From Megasphaera elsdenii DSM 20460 (lineage in GTDB: Bacteria > Bacillota > Negativicutes > Veillonellales > Megasphaeraceae), in the NCBI RefSeq assembly GCF_003010495.1, contig NZ_CP027570.1:990001-1022000 (forward strand): DNA of 32,000 nucleotides, in the 5' to 3' direction. The notes under the pieces were generated by a model. The model was not told the origin of the DNA. It ran no database searches and was given only the letters and a program-made list of their open reading frames with translations. The position numbers were made by a program, and so were the translations under genes. This document shows positions 1 through 7,384 of this stretch, piece after piece. Positions within the stretch are counted from its first letter, which is position 1; each line of letters opens with the position of its first letter.

Positions 1-182
1 GTCCCGCTATTTTCCGCCGTATTTATGGGCCGGAATTGCTTCGGTTGCACGGTGATACTGGCGGGCGCCAATTCCTGCGCAGTCCCCAGACCTGGGTTTA
101 TCGGCCAAAGAAGACGGATGAATTATTTGATATAGATTACCAGAAAGATTTAATCTTTTTAAATAAACAAGGATTAAAATAA
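1..182 (+). CDS. 3' end of an upstream gene (last 59 codons); possibly a MobA/MocA-like nucleotidyltransferase tail
   Basis: Frame 3 is open from the window edge to TAA at 180-182. It reads ...IFRRIYGPELLRLHGDTGGRQFLRSPQTWVYRPKKTDELFDIDYQKDLIFLNKQGLK. The GDxGxR and DIDxxxDL patterns resemble C-termini of MobA/MocA-type NTP transferases. The fragment is too short to be sure. Confidence 0.3.
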   Translation, partial: PAIFRRIYGPELLRLHGDTGGRQFLRSPQTWVYRPKKTDELFDIDYQKDLIFLNKQGLK

Positions 183-291
183 CTATGATTAAAGTGTATT
201 AATATTATATTTTAGACGAACTTTTGAATTGAATATATTTTTGTTATTTTTAAATTTAAATATAAAAATATAATTAAATAACGATAAAAGC

Positions 292-319
292 TTTACAAAT
301 TAAAATGAACGAGTATAAT
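292..319 (+). promoter_or_regulatory. Candidate sigma-70-type promoter for the permease gene
   Basis: TTTACA (292-297), 16-nt spacer, TATAAT (314-319), in a very AT-rich spacer about 90 nt upstream of the ATG at 409. Confidence 0.35.
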
Positions 320-408
320 AAAAGGCAGTTGAACGATTGACCGGCAGATTATTCCGTCAATCCATAGGGGAGTCAACGATACTTTACAATCATAAGGGGA
401 GAGGTTCT

Positions 409-1887
409 ATGACGAAACACATCTTTAGAACCAAAAGTATCAGTGAGTTTATTTCGGAAACGAAACAAGACGGCGGTATGAACCGCGTCCTCGGTACTTT
501 TGGCCTGACTATGCTCGGTATCGGCGCTATCGTCGGTACAGGCATCTTTGTCCTGACTGGCGTTGCCGCTGCCAACTATTCCGGTCCTGCACTCATCATT
601 TCATTTATCATTGCAGCGTTGGCCTGCGGCTGTGCCGCCCTTTGTTATGCTGAATTTGCCGCCATGGTCCCAGTTGCCGGCAGTGCCTATACCTATGGGT
701 ATGTCGCTCTCGGTGAATTTTGGGCCTGGGTCATCGGCTGGGACCTGATACTAGAGTACGCCTTTGCTGTATCAGCCGTCGCCATTGGCTGGTCCGGGTA
801 TTTCAATAATATCCTGACCAATTTGGGCATCGTCCTGCCGAAAGCTTTGACACTGGCTCCGTATGACGGTGGTATCGTCAACTTGCCGGCTGTCCTCATC
901 CTCTGTGTCATCGCCTTCATCAACATTCACGGCGTCCGCCAGAGTGCAACTGTCAACAACATCATCGTTGCCATCAAATTAGCTGTCGTCGCCTTGTTCC
1001 TGGCTTTAGGCTTCAGCCATGTCGATGCAGCCAACTGGGTTCCCTTCATGCCTTATGGCTGGTCGGGTGTCTTTGCCGGCGCATCCATCATCTTCTTCGC
1101 TTACATCGGTTTCGATGCTGTTTCTACGGCGGCTGAAGAAGTCAAGAATCCGCAGAAAGATTTGCCCCGCGGCATCATCTTGTCGCTCATCATCTGCACG
1201 GTCCTGTACATCGCCGTATCGGCTGTCCTCACCGGGATGGTTCCGTACCTCGAATTTAAGACGACAGCGGCTCCGGTTGCTTTCGCTCTCCAGGCCGTCG
1301 GCTATCATTGGGGCGCTGCAGCCATTTCCGTCGGCGCTATTTGCGGCCTCACTTCGGTCCTCCTGGTCATGAGTTTTGGCCAGAGCCGTGTCCTCTTCGT
1401 TATGTCCCGTGATGGATTGCTTCCGAAATTCTTCGGTCATGTCCATCCGAAATATAAGACTCCGGCCCGCAGCTCCCTGCTGGTCTGCGTCGTTACCGCC
1501 ATTACGGCCGGCTTCCTGCCCATCAACATCGTCGCTGAAATGACCAATATCGGCACGCTCTGTGCCTTCATCATCGTTTCGGCTGCGGTCATCGTCCTTC
1601 GCAAGAAGAACCCGAATCAGGAACGCGCTTTCAAATGTCCGCTCGTTCCCTTGGTTCCGCTCCTGGCTATCGCCTTCTGCGGTGTTCTCATTTACATGCT
1701 GCCCCTGGTTACACAGATCCGCTTCGTCGTATGGCTCTTGTTAGGCCTGGCCATTTACTTCGGCTATGGCTATAACCACAGCATCATCTCCCAGGCTCGC
1801 CGCGGTCAGCTCGGCGCAGCTCCCGTCCCGGGCGCTGTTGCACCGGCTGAACAAGCTGCTCAGGAAGGCCATCCGGCGAATCATTAA
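409..1887 (+). CDS. Amino-acid permease, APC superfamily (cationic amino-acid transporter / YhdG-like), 492 aa
   Basis: ORF-track frame 337..1887. I prefer the ATG at 409 (MTKHIFRTK...) because GGGGAGAGG lies just upstream. The protein is multi-helix and hydrophobic, with APC-type segments GAIVGTGIFVLTG and FFAYIGFDAVSTAAEEVKNPQKDLP. Confidence 0.9.
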   Translation: MTKHIFRTKSISEFISETKQDGGMNRVLGTFGLTMLGIGAIVGTGIFVLTGVAAANYSGPALIISFIIAALACGCAALCYAEFAAMVPVAGSAYTYGYVALGEFWAWVIGWDLILEYAFAVSAVAIGWSGYFNNILTNLGIVLPKALTLAPYDGGIVNLPAVLILCVIAFINIHGVRQSATVNNIIVAIKLAVVALFLALGFSHVDAANWVPFMPYGWSGVFAGASIIFFAYIGFDAVSTAAEEVKNPQKDLPRGIILSLIICTVLYIAVSAVLTGMVPYLEFKTTAAPVAFALQAVGYHWGAAAISVGAICGLTSVLLVMSFGQSRVLFVMSRDGLLPKFFGHVHPKYKTPARSSLLVCVVTAITAGFLPINIVAEMTNIGTLCAFIIVSAAVIVLRKKNPNQERAFKCPLVPLVPLLAIAFCGVLIYMLPLVTQIRFVVWLLLGLAIYFGYGYNHSIISQARRGQLGAAPVPGAVAPAEQAAQEGHPANH

Positions 1888-1914
1888 TCCGCTTTCCAAT
1901 CCAATACCAATACA

Positions 1915-1946
1915 GAAAAAGGCTGTCACTCTGTGACAGCCTTTTT
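1915..1946 (+). terminator. Intrinsic terminator after the permease gene (bidirectional architecture)
   Basis: AAAAA, then GGCTGTCAC (1921-1929), 3-nt loop, GTGACAGCC (1933-1941), then TTTTT. Confidence 0.8.
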
Positions 1947-1976
1947 CGATGTTAAAAATGCCCCAAGCGGGGTTTT

Positions 1977-2075
1977 GTAGGGGACGTCCTGAAAGGCGTC
2001 CCGCTGTGATATTCGGCCATAGCCTTATTCTGGTATAATGGTAGGCTTTTGCGAGCCACGAACCACGAGCCACTG
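1977..2075 (+). repeat. Conserved intergenic element, copy 1 (REP-like hairpin + TATAAT box + heptad array)
   Basis: GTAG-GGGACGTCC-tgaaa-GGCGTCCC (1977-2002). Then CTGTGATATTCGGCCATAGCCTTATTCTGGTATAATGGTAGGCTTTTGCGA (TATAAT at 2034-2039). Then GAGCCAC GAACCAC GAGCCAC (2053-2073). Aligns closely by eye with 8541-8635 and 13983-14092. Confidence 0.8.
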
Positions 2076-2090
2076 CTTTTCCTCGGACTC

Positions 2091-2369
2091 AGATGCCGCT
2101 ACGCGGCGACAGACTCAAACTAACAACGACGCTTCGGGAAACCCTCAGCGCGCAGCGGGACGCCCTTTGGGCGTCCCCTACGGATGCGGCGTTCCGCGGC
2201 GACAGACTCAAACTGACAACGACGCTTCGGGAAACCCTCAGCGCGTAGCGGGACGCCCTTTGGGCGTCCCCTACGGATGCGGCGTTCCGCGGCGACAGAC
2301 TCAAACTGACAACGACGCTTCGGGAAACCCTCAGCGCGTAGCGGGACGCCCTTTGGGCGTCCCCTACGG
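2091..2369 (+). repeat. 3 x 93-bp near-identical tandem repeat, each unit carrying a long GTAG/CTAC-flanked GC hairpin
   Basis: CGCGGCGACAGACTC recurs at 2102, 2195 and 2288, an exact 93-bp period. Each unit contains (G)TAGC-GGGACGCCC-ttt-GGGCGTCCC-CTAC(GG), a ~14-bp stem. Differences between units are single bases only. Confidence 0.95.
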
Positions 2370-2454
2370 TATCGCATATAGGCGATGGAGCCACGAGTCA
2401 CTGATTCTGTGTTATACTATGGGGTATATAGTTTATCATAAAGGGGGTCTCCAC

Positions 2455-3138
2455 ATGAAGTGTGTTGTGTTGCTCAGTGGCGGCGTCGATTCTACGACGT
2501 GTCTGGCCATGGCTTTGACGAAATATAAAAAAGATGATGTTTTGGCGCTGACGGCTTATTACGGTCAGAAACATGCCAAGGAATTGGAAGCGGCCCGTAA
2601 GGTAGCGGCGCATTACGGGGTGCAACAACAGGAAGTCGATTTATCTCAGGCTTTCTCTTTGAGTGATTGTTCTCTTCTCCAGGGCAGTCATAAGCCAATC
2701 GCCCATGAATCCTATGCCGATCAGCTGGCTAAAAAAGGCGGCGAAGGGACCGTCGATACGTATGTGCCTTTCCGCAATGGCTTATTCTTATCCTTTGCAG
2801 CTGCTGTAGCCGTCAGTGTCGGTGCCGAAGTCATTTATTACGGTGCCCATGCCGATGATGCCGCCGGGCGGGCTTATCCGGATTGCACGCCGGAATTTGA
2901 AACGGCCATGAATACGGCCATTTATGAAGGTTCTGGCCGGACCTGTCATCTGGAAGCGCCGTTATTGTCGTGGAACAAGGCGGGTGTCGTCAAAGAAGGG
3001 CTGCGCCTGGGAGCCCCTTATGAATTGACCTGGAGCTGCTATGAAGGCGGCGATACCCCTTGCGGTGTCTGCGGGACCTGCCGCGACCGGGCGGCTGCTT
3101 TTGCCGCCAATGGCGTCAAGGATCCGGCATTGCCGTGA
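2455..3138 (+). CDS. queC: 7-cyano-7-deazaguanine synthase QueC, 227 aa
   Basis: ATG at 2455 is preceded by AAAGGGGG. N-terminus is MKCVVLLSGGVDSTTCL (PP-loop SGGxDS). C-terminal Zn-Cys cluster is CYEGGDTPCGVCGTCRDR. The ORF-track extension back to 2038 only reads through the repeat array. Confidence 0.93.
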   Translation: MKCVVLLSGGVDSTTCLAMALTKYKKDDVLALTAYYGQKHAKELEAARKVAAHYGVQQQEVDLSQAFSLSDCSLLQGSHKPIAHESYADQLAKKGGEGTVDTYVPFRNGLFLSFAAAVAVSVGAEVIYYGAHADDAAGRAYPDCTPEFETAMNTAIYEGSGRTCHLEAPLLSWNKAGVVKEGLRLGAPYELTWSCYEGGDTPCGVCGTCRDRAAAFAANGVKDPALP

Positions 3139-3166
3139 AAGACTGAAACGGGGAGGCATATTAAAT

Positions 3167-5152
3167 ATGAAATATAAAGTGAAGACGCGGCTGACGACGA
3201 TGGTCCTGCTGGCCCTCATGGCTTTTGGGACGGTCAGCGCCAGTGAAGCCGTGTCTGAAAAGGATAATTTTTATCAGGCCGTCAATGGCCAGACTTTAGC
3301 GACCAAGAAAATCCGGCCGACGGAAGCGTCATGGTCCTGGTTCTCTGAACGGTCTTTGGAAAATAAACAGGCTTTAGGCAAGGAACTGGAAGCTGTCGCG
3401 GCCAAGGAAGGCACCTATGCCAAGGGGACGCCGGAACAGAAAATCGCCGACCTCTATGCCTGTGCTATCGACAATAAGCAGCGCAACACCACGGCCCGTG
3501 CCCATTTACAGGAACTGACGGGGCCCATCGAAAAGGCCCGGACCCTGCCGGAATTGACGGCGGCTTTGCAGGCTGTCAGTGCCAAGACGGGTACGGATAT
3601 CTTCGTCGGCTATACTGTCGACCGCCTGCCGACAGGCCTGCGCTATGTGCCGCGCATCTTGACGGTGACGCCGTCCTTTACGCGGGATGAACTGGAAAAG
3701 GAACCTCAGCCCGGTGCCTGGAAGGCGTATCGGGAGTACGTCGCCCATATCCTTCAGGAAGCCGGTGAAACGCCGGATGAGGCGACGGCACACAGCCAGG
3801 CCATCTTCGATATGGAAAAGGGTTTGGGGCCTCATTTACTGACGAGTGAACAGCGCAACGATGTGACCGTCCAGAACCGCCTGATGTCGCGGGGAAAATT
3901 GGAAAAACTCATGCCCAACATGGGTGGCAGGACGGTCCTGACTAACTTGGGCCTGAATAAAGAAAAACAATTCTTCTTATCTAATCCGGACTATTTGCAG
4001 CAATTCGACGCCCTTTATGTCCCTCAGAACCTCGATTTGCTCAAGAGTTACGCCGTCTATCAGGTTTACAGCGGCTTTGCGCCCAGTGCGGATATTAAAT
4101 TGCGGGACTTGCAGCGCAATTACGCCCTCCAGCGTTTCGGCATCGCTCAGGCCCGGGACGACAAGGAAACGGCGAGCCGCATGATCCAGAGCATGTTGTC
4201 TTATGAGTTTGGCCAGATTTACATGAAGAACCATTGTACGGCGGCCATCATCAACGACGTGAAGAACATGGTCAACGAAATCCGCAATGTCTATAAACTG
4301 CGGCTGGAAGCCAATAATTGGCTCAGCCCGGAAACGCGCGGCAAGGCTGTCGATAAACTTAACAGCCTGCGTGTCTTTGTTGGAGGCCCTGCTGCCGATG
4401 ACAAGCCGATCATCGAAAGTATGCCTGATGTCATTTCCCCGAAAGACGGCGGCGACTTACTGGCCAATGTCATGCATAACGGCGTCCTGGAGAAACAACA
4501 GGTCCACGCCCTGTTGGGAAAGGAGTTCAATCCCGATAAGTGGTATGCCTTTGATCCCCAGGATGTCAATGCCGCCTACATTCCGGAAAACAACAGTATC
4601 ACCATCCCGGCCGGCATCCTGCAGCCGCCGTTTTATGATGCCAAGGCTTCGCGCGGTGCCAATCTGGGCGGCATCGGCGTCGTCATCGGGCATGAAATTT
4701 CCCATGCCTTTGACCCGAACGGCAGCAAATACGATAGTGAAGGCCGTCTGAAGAATTGGTGGAACAAGAAGGACTACGAAGCGTTCCAAAAATTATCCGC
4801 TGCTTTCGGCCCTTATTACGATAGCTATACCCTTGGCAAAGGACTCCATGAAAATGGCAAGCTCGTCAGCAATGAAGCTATTGCCGACTGCGGCGGCCTG
4901 TCCGTCGCGACAGAATTGGCCCATGGCGATGAAGGGACTTTGCGCGACCTGTATCGTACCTTCGCTACGGTCTTTGCCACTAAGATGACGGACCAGCTGC
5001 TGCTCTACCTGGTCCAGAACGATCCACACCCGACGGGAGAAGCCCGCGTCAACGGCGCCCTGTCGGCGACCAATGGCTTCTATACGGCCTACGGCATCCA
5101 GCCCGGTGACGGCATGTATGTCGAACCGCAGAAGCGCGTCCATTTGTGGTAG
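3167..5152 (+). CDS. Secreted M13-family zinc endopeptidase (PepO / neprilysin-like), 661 aa
   Basis: ATG at 3167 with GGGAGG 10 nt upstream. Signal peptide MKYKVKTRLTTMVLLALMAFGTVSASEA. M13 motifs NAAYIPENN, VIGHEISHAFD (HExxH) and NEAIADCGG. Confidence 0.9.
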   Translation: MKYKVKTRLTTMVLLALMAFGTVSASEAVSEKDNFYQAVNGQTLATKKIRPTEASWSWFSERSLENKQALGKELEAVAAKEGTYAKGTPEQKIADLYACAIDNKQRNTTARAHLQELTGPIEKARTLPELTAALQAVSAKTGTDIFVGYTVDRLPTGLRYVPRILTVTPSFTRDELEKEPQPGAWKAYREYVAHILQEAGETPDEATAHSQAIFDMEKGLGPHLLTSEQRNDVTVQNRLMSRGKLEKLMPNMGGRTVLTNLGLNKEKQFFLSNPDYLQQFDALYVPQNLDLLKSYAVYQVYSGFAPSADIKLRDLQRNYALQRFGIAQARDDKETASRMIQSMLSYEFGQIYMKNHCTAAIINDVKNMVNEIRNVYKLRLEANNWLSPETRGKAVDKLNSLRVFVGGPAADDKPIIESMPDVISPKDGGDLLANVMHNGVLEKQQVHALLGKEFNPDKWYAFDPQDVNAAYIPENNSITIPAGILQPPFYDAKASRGANLGGIGVVIGHEISHAFDPNGSKYDSEGRLKNWWNKKDYEAFQKLSAAFGPYYDSYTLGKGLHENGKLVSNEAIADCGGLSVATELAHGDEGTLRDLYRTFATVFATKMTDQLLLYLVQNDPHPTGEARVNGALSATNGFYTAYGIQPGDGMYVEPQKRVHLW

Positions 5153-5159
5153 AATTTTC

Positions 5160-5187
5160 GTGGCTCGTGGCTCGTGGCTCGTGGTTC
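5160..5187 (+). repeat. Heptad tandem array (GTGGCTC)x3 + GTGGTTC
   Basis: Starts 8 nt after the pepO-like stop (TAG at 5150-5152). Four contiguous 7-mers. Followed by hairpin TTCGCAGG (5185-5192) / CCTGCGAA (5211-5218), with no U-tract. Confidence 0.9.
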
Positions 5188-5266
5188 GCAGGGTGTCCTT
5201 GTTATGGCGGCCTGCGAACGGCGACCTGCGGCCTGCGTTCTCATAAAGTATTTACACAACTAATCC

Positions 5267-5295
5267 TTGCATTATCTTTGGGAATACGGTACAAT
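5267..5295 (+). promoter_or_regulatory. Candidate pyk promoter
   Basis: TTGCAT (5267-5272), 17-nt spacer, TACAAT (5290-5295), about 105 nt upstream of the start codon. Confidence 0.4.
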
Positions 5296-5401
5296 CGCAG
5301 TGAGCAATAGCTGTATATTGCACTAGTGGGACAAAAAATGTACCACCTGGAACAGAAATGTCAATCGTAACGTGTACGTGAGTAGAAAAGGAGAAATCTG
5401 T

Positions 5402-7150
5402 ATGCTGAAAAAAACAAAGATCGTCTGCACCTTAGGCCCCAGTTCCAATACCCCGGAAATTATCGAAAAGATGATTAAAGCCGGCATGAACGTTGCCCGC
5501 TTTAATTTCTCCCATGGTTCTCATGAAGAACATAAACAGCGCATCGACATGGTCCGCGCTGCCTCCCAGAAACTGGGTATCCCTGTGGCACTGCTCCTGG
5601 ACACGAAAGGCCCGGAAATCCGTTTGGGCAAATTTAAGAATGGCTCGATCATGATGGAAGCCGGCAAGGACTTTACCTTGACGGCCCGTGACATCGAAGG
5701 CGACGAAACGATTGCCTCCATGAACTATAAAGAACTGCCGCAGGACGTCAAAGCCGGCGACCACATCCTCTTGTCGGACGGCCTGGTCAACTTGGAAGTT
5801 GTCAGCGTCGACGGCGAAGATATCCATACGAAGATTCTCAACAGCGGCAAGATGAGCGACCGCAAGCGCGTTGCCGTACCGGGCATTGCCATCAACCTGC
5901 CGGCCGTTTCTGAAACCGATGCCGCTGACATCGAATTTGGCTGCCGCATGAATATGGACTGGATTGCCGCTTCTTTCATCCAGCGCGGCAAAGATGTCCT
6001 GACGATCCGCAAGATTTTGGAAAAACACGACAGCCACATGAAGATTATCTCCAAAATCGAATGTCAGGCAGCTGTCAACAATATCGACGATATCATTAAG
6101 ATGAGCGACGGCATCATGGTTGCCCGTGGTGACCTCGGCGTCGAAGTCCCGGCGGAAGAAGTACCGATGCTCCAGAAAGTCCTCATCCATAAATGCCAGG
6201 CTGCGGGCAAACCGGTCATTACGGCGACGCAGATGCTGGAATCGATGTGCAACAACCCGCGTCCGACCCGGGCAGAAACGAGCGACGTTGCTAACGCCAT
6301 CCTCGATGGCACCGATGCCATCATGCTCAGCGGCGAAACGGCTGGTGGCCTCTATCCGGTAGAAGCCGTAGAAACTATGGCCCGCGTCGCAACCTTTACG
6401 GAAAGCAACTTCACGCCGAAGTCCTATGAAGATGTCGACGCCGAATCGACAACGACGACGGAATCCATCGGCAAAGCCGTCGTCAAGATTGCCAAAGACC
6501 TCCACGCTGCGGCTATCATCGCTTCGACCGAACGCGGCGGCACAGCGCAGATGATTTCTAAATTCCGCCCGGCCTGCCCGATTGTGGCCGTATCGCCGCA
6601 CGAAGCCATCGTCCGCCGCTTGCAGCTCAACTGGGGCGTCCAGGCCGTCACGGGCAAAGAAGCGAACGACACCGACGCTGTCGTCGATAATGCTATCTTC
6701 GCAGCCCTCGACAACGACCTCATCAAAGCCGGCGACCTCGTCGTCCTCACGGCCGGTGTCCCCGTTGCCAAAGCCGGTTCGACCAACATGATCCGCGTCC
6801 AGGTCGTCGGTGACGTCCTCCTCCGCGGTACCGGTATCGGCCGTAATTCGGCCATCGGCAAAGTCTGTGTCGCTGAATCGAAAGAAGACCTGGAAAAGAA
6901 CTTCAGCGACGGCTGCATCCTCGTCCTCCGTTCGGCCCGCGCTGATTTCGTCGATTATATGAAACGGGCCAGCGCCATCGTCTCCGAAGAAGTCGGCCTG
7001 ACCAGTGAATCAGCCATCGTCGCCATCACCTTGGGCATCCCGACCGTCGTCGGCGCAGCTCATGCCGTAGACACTCTGGAAAATGGCGAAATCGTCACCG
7101 TAGACGCCAGCCGCGGCACCATCTTCCGCGGCGAAGCCAACGCACGATAA
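5402..7150 (+). CDS. pyk: Pyruvate kinase with a C-terminal PEP-utilizer (PEPut) mobile-domain extension, 582 aa
   Basis: ATG at 5402 after AAAGGAG. MLKKTKIVCTLGPSS, MNVARFNFSHG and MVARGDLGVE are classic PK motifs. The last ~100 aa (…SEEVGLTSESAIVAITLGIPTVVG…) match the PEPut domain found on Bacillus/Geobacillus-type PKs. Confidence 0.95.
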   Translation: MLKKTKIVCTLGPSSNTPEIIEKMIKAGMNVARFNFSHGSHEEHKQRIDMVRAASQKLGIPVALLLDTKGPEIRLGKFKNGSIMMEAGKDFTLTARDIEGDETIASMNYKELPQDVKAGDHILLSDGLVNLEVVSVDGEDIHTKILNSGKMSDRKRVAVPGIAINLPAVSETDAADIEFGCRMNMDWIAASFIQRGKDVLTIRKILEKHDSHMKIISKIECQAAVNNIDDIIKMSDGIMVARGDLGVEVPAEEVPMLQKVLIHKCQAAGKPVITATQMLESMCNNPRPTRAETSDVANAILDGTDAIMLSGETAGGLYPVEAVETMARVATFTESNFTPKSYEDVDAESTTTTESIGKAVVKIAKDLHAAAIIASTERGGTAQMISKFRPACPIVAVSPHEAIVRRLQLNWGVQAVTGKEANDTDAVVDNAIFAALDNDLIKAGDLVVLTAGVPVAKAGSTNMIRVQVVGDVLLRGTGIGRNSAIGKVCVAESKEDLEKNFSDGCILVLRSARADFVDYMKRASAIVSEEVGLTSESAIVAITLGIPTVVGAAHAVDTLENGEIVTVDASRGTIFRGEANAR

Positions 7151-7167
7151 GCATCACCCTGATAGGA

Positions 7168-7199
7168 GGGGCTGTCGCATTAAGCGACAAGCCCCTTTT
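7168..7199 (+). terminator. Intrinsic terminator after pyk
   Basis: GGGGCTGTCGC (7168-7178), loop ATTAA, GCGACAAGCCCC (7184-7195, one bulged A), then TTTT. Confidence 0.8.
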
Positions 7200-7329
7200 G
7201 TGGTTCGTTTGGCGTGGTTCGTTTGCCGAAAATTCTCACAGCTGCAAGAAAAATGATATTTTCATACAGCAGATTGTTAAAAAATTTAAACCTTCACGGC
7301 AAACAAATCACGAACCACGGCAAACCACG
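7200..7329. repeat. 130-bp MITE-like unit: imperfect ~29-bp inverted heptad arms around a 68-bp AT-rich core
   Basis: Left arm is GTGGTTCGTTTGGC GTGGTTCGTTTGCC G (7200-7228; a 14-bp direct repeat). The right arm 7297-7329 reverse-complements to CGTGGTTTGCCGTGGTTCGTGATTTGTTTGCCG. It lies between the convergent pyk and M20 genes. Confidence 0.6.
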
Positions 7330-7331
7330 TG

Positions 7332-7384
7332 AAAAAAGGGATTGTGCATGACGGCAAAAGCCTTCGTGCGACAATCCCTTTTTT
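7332..7384 (-). terminator. Intrinsic (bidirectional-looking) terminator for the M20 peptidase gene
   Basis: AAAAAAGGGATTGT ... ACAATCCCTTTTTT flanks a long loop. It sits immediately 3' of the minus-strand stop (7384-7386). Confidence 0.65.

Noticed and set aside
337-408. TTG start at 337 for the permease.
   Set aside because: It has no RBS and starts inside the leader hairpin. The ATG at 409 has a strong GGGGAGAGG upstream and gives a normal APC N-terminus.
2091-2369. Possible CRISPR array (regularly spaced palindromic repeats).
   Set aside because: The whole 93-bp unit is repeated head-to-tail with no unique spacers. There are only three units, no leader and no cas genes nearby.
2038-2454. 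The 139-codon N-terminal extension of the queC ORF in the track. It reads RRQTQTDNDASGNPQRVAGRPLGVPYGCGVP three times.
   Set aside because: It is read-through of the 93-bp (31-codon) GC-rich repeat array, which is also open in two minus-strand frames (2089-2394, 2120-2401). QueC proteins begin at MK.VVLLSGGxDS. A good RBS precedes the ATG at 2455.
2401-2454. preQ1 riboswitch upstream of queC.
   Set aside because: I could not find the P1 stem / CCC...A-rich tail (AAAAAACUA-type) pseudoknot pattern. The likely leader after the TATACT box is only ~30 nt.
5432-6601. 389-aa minus-strand ORF inside pyk. Similar long antisense ORFs: 7342-8121(+), 12583-13794(-), 10983-11687(-), 11700-12515(-), 14139-14633(-), 14688-15338(-), 16031-16600(-), 16916-17602(-), 17949-18545(-), 20796-21449(-), 22452-23201(-), 23222-24220(-), 24943-25497(-), 25696-26262(-), 27945-28595(+), 29425-30051(-), 31213-31977(-).
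   Set aside because: All lie antisense to CDS with strong family motifs. Their translations are low-complexity and rich in R/A/G/D, with no recognisable motifs or RBS. These are typical shadow ORFs of GC3-biased genes.
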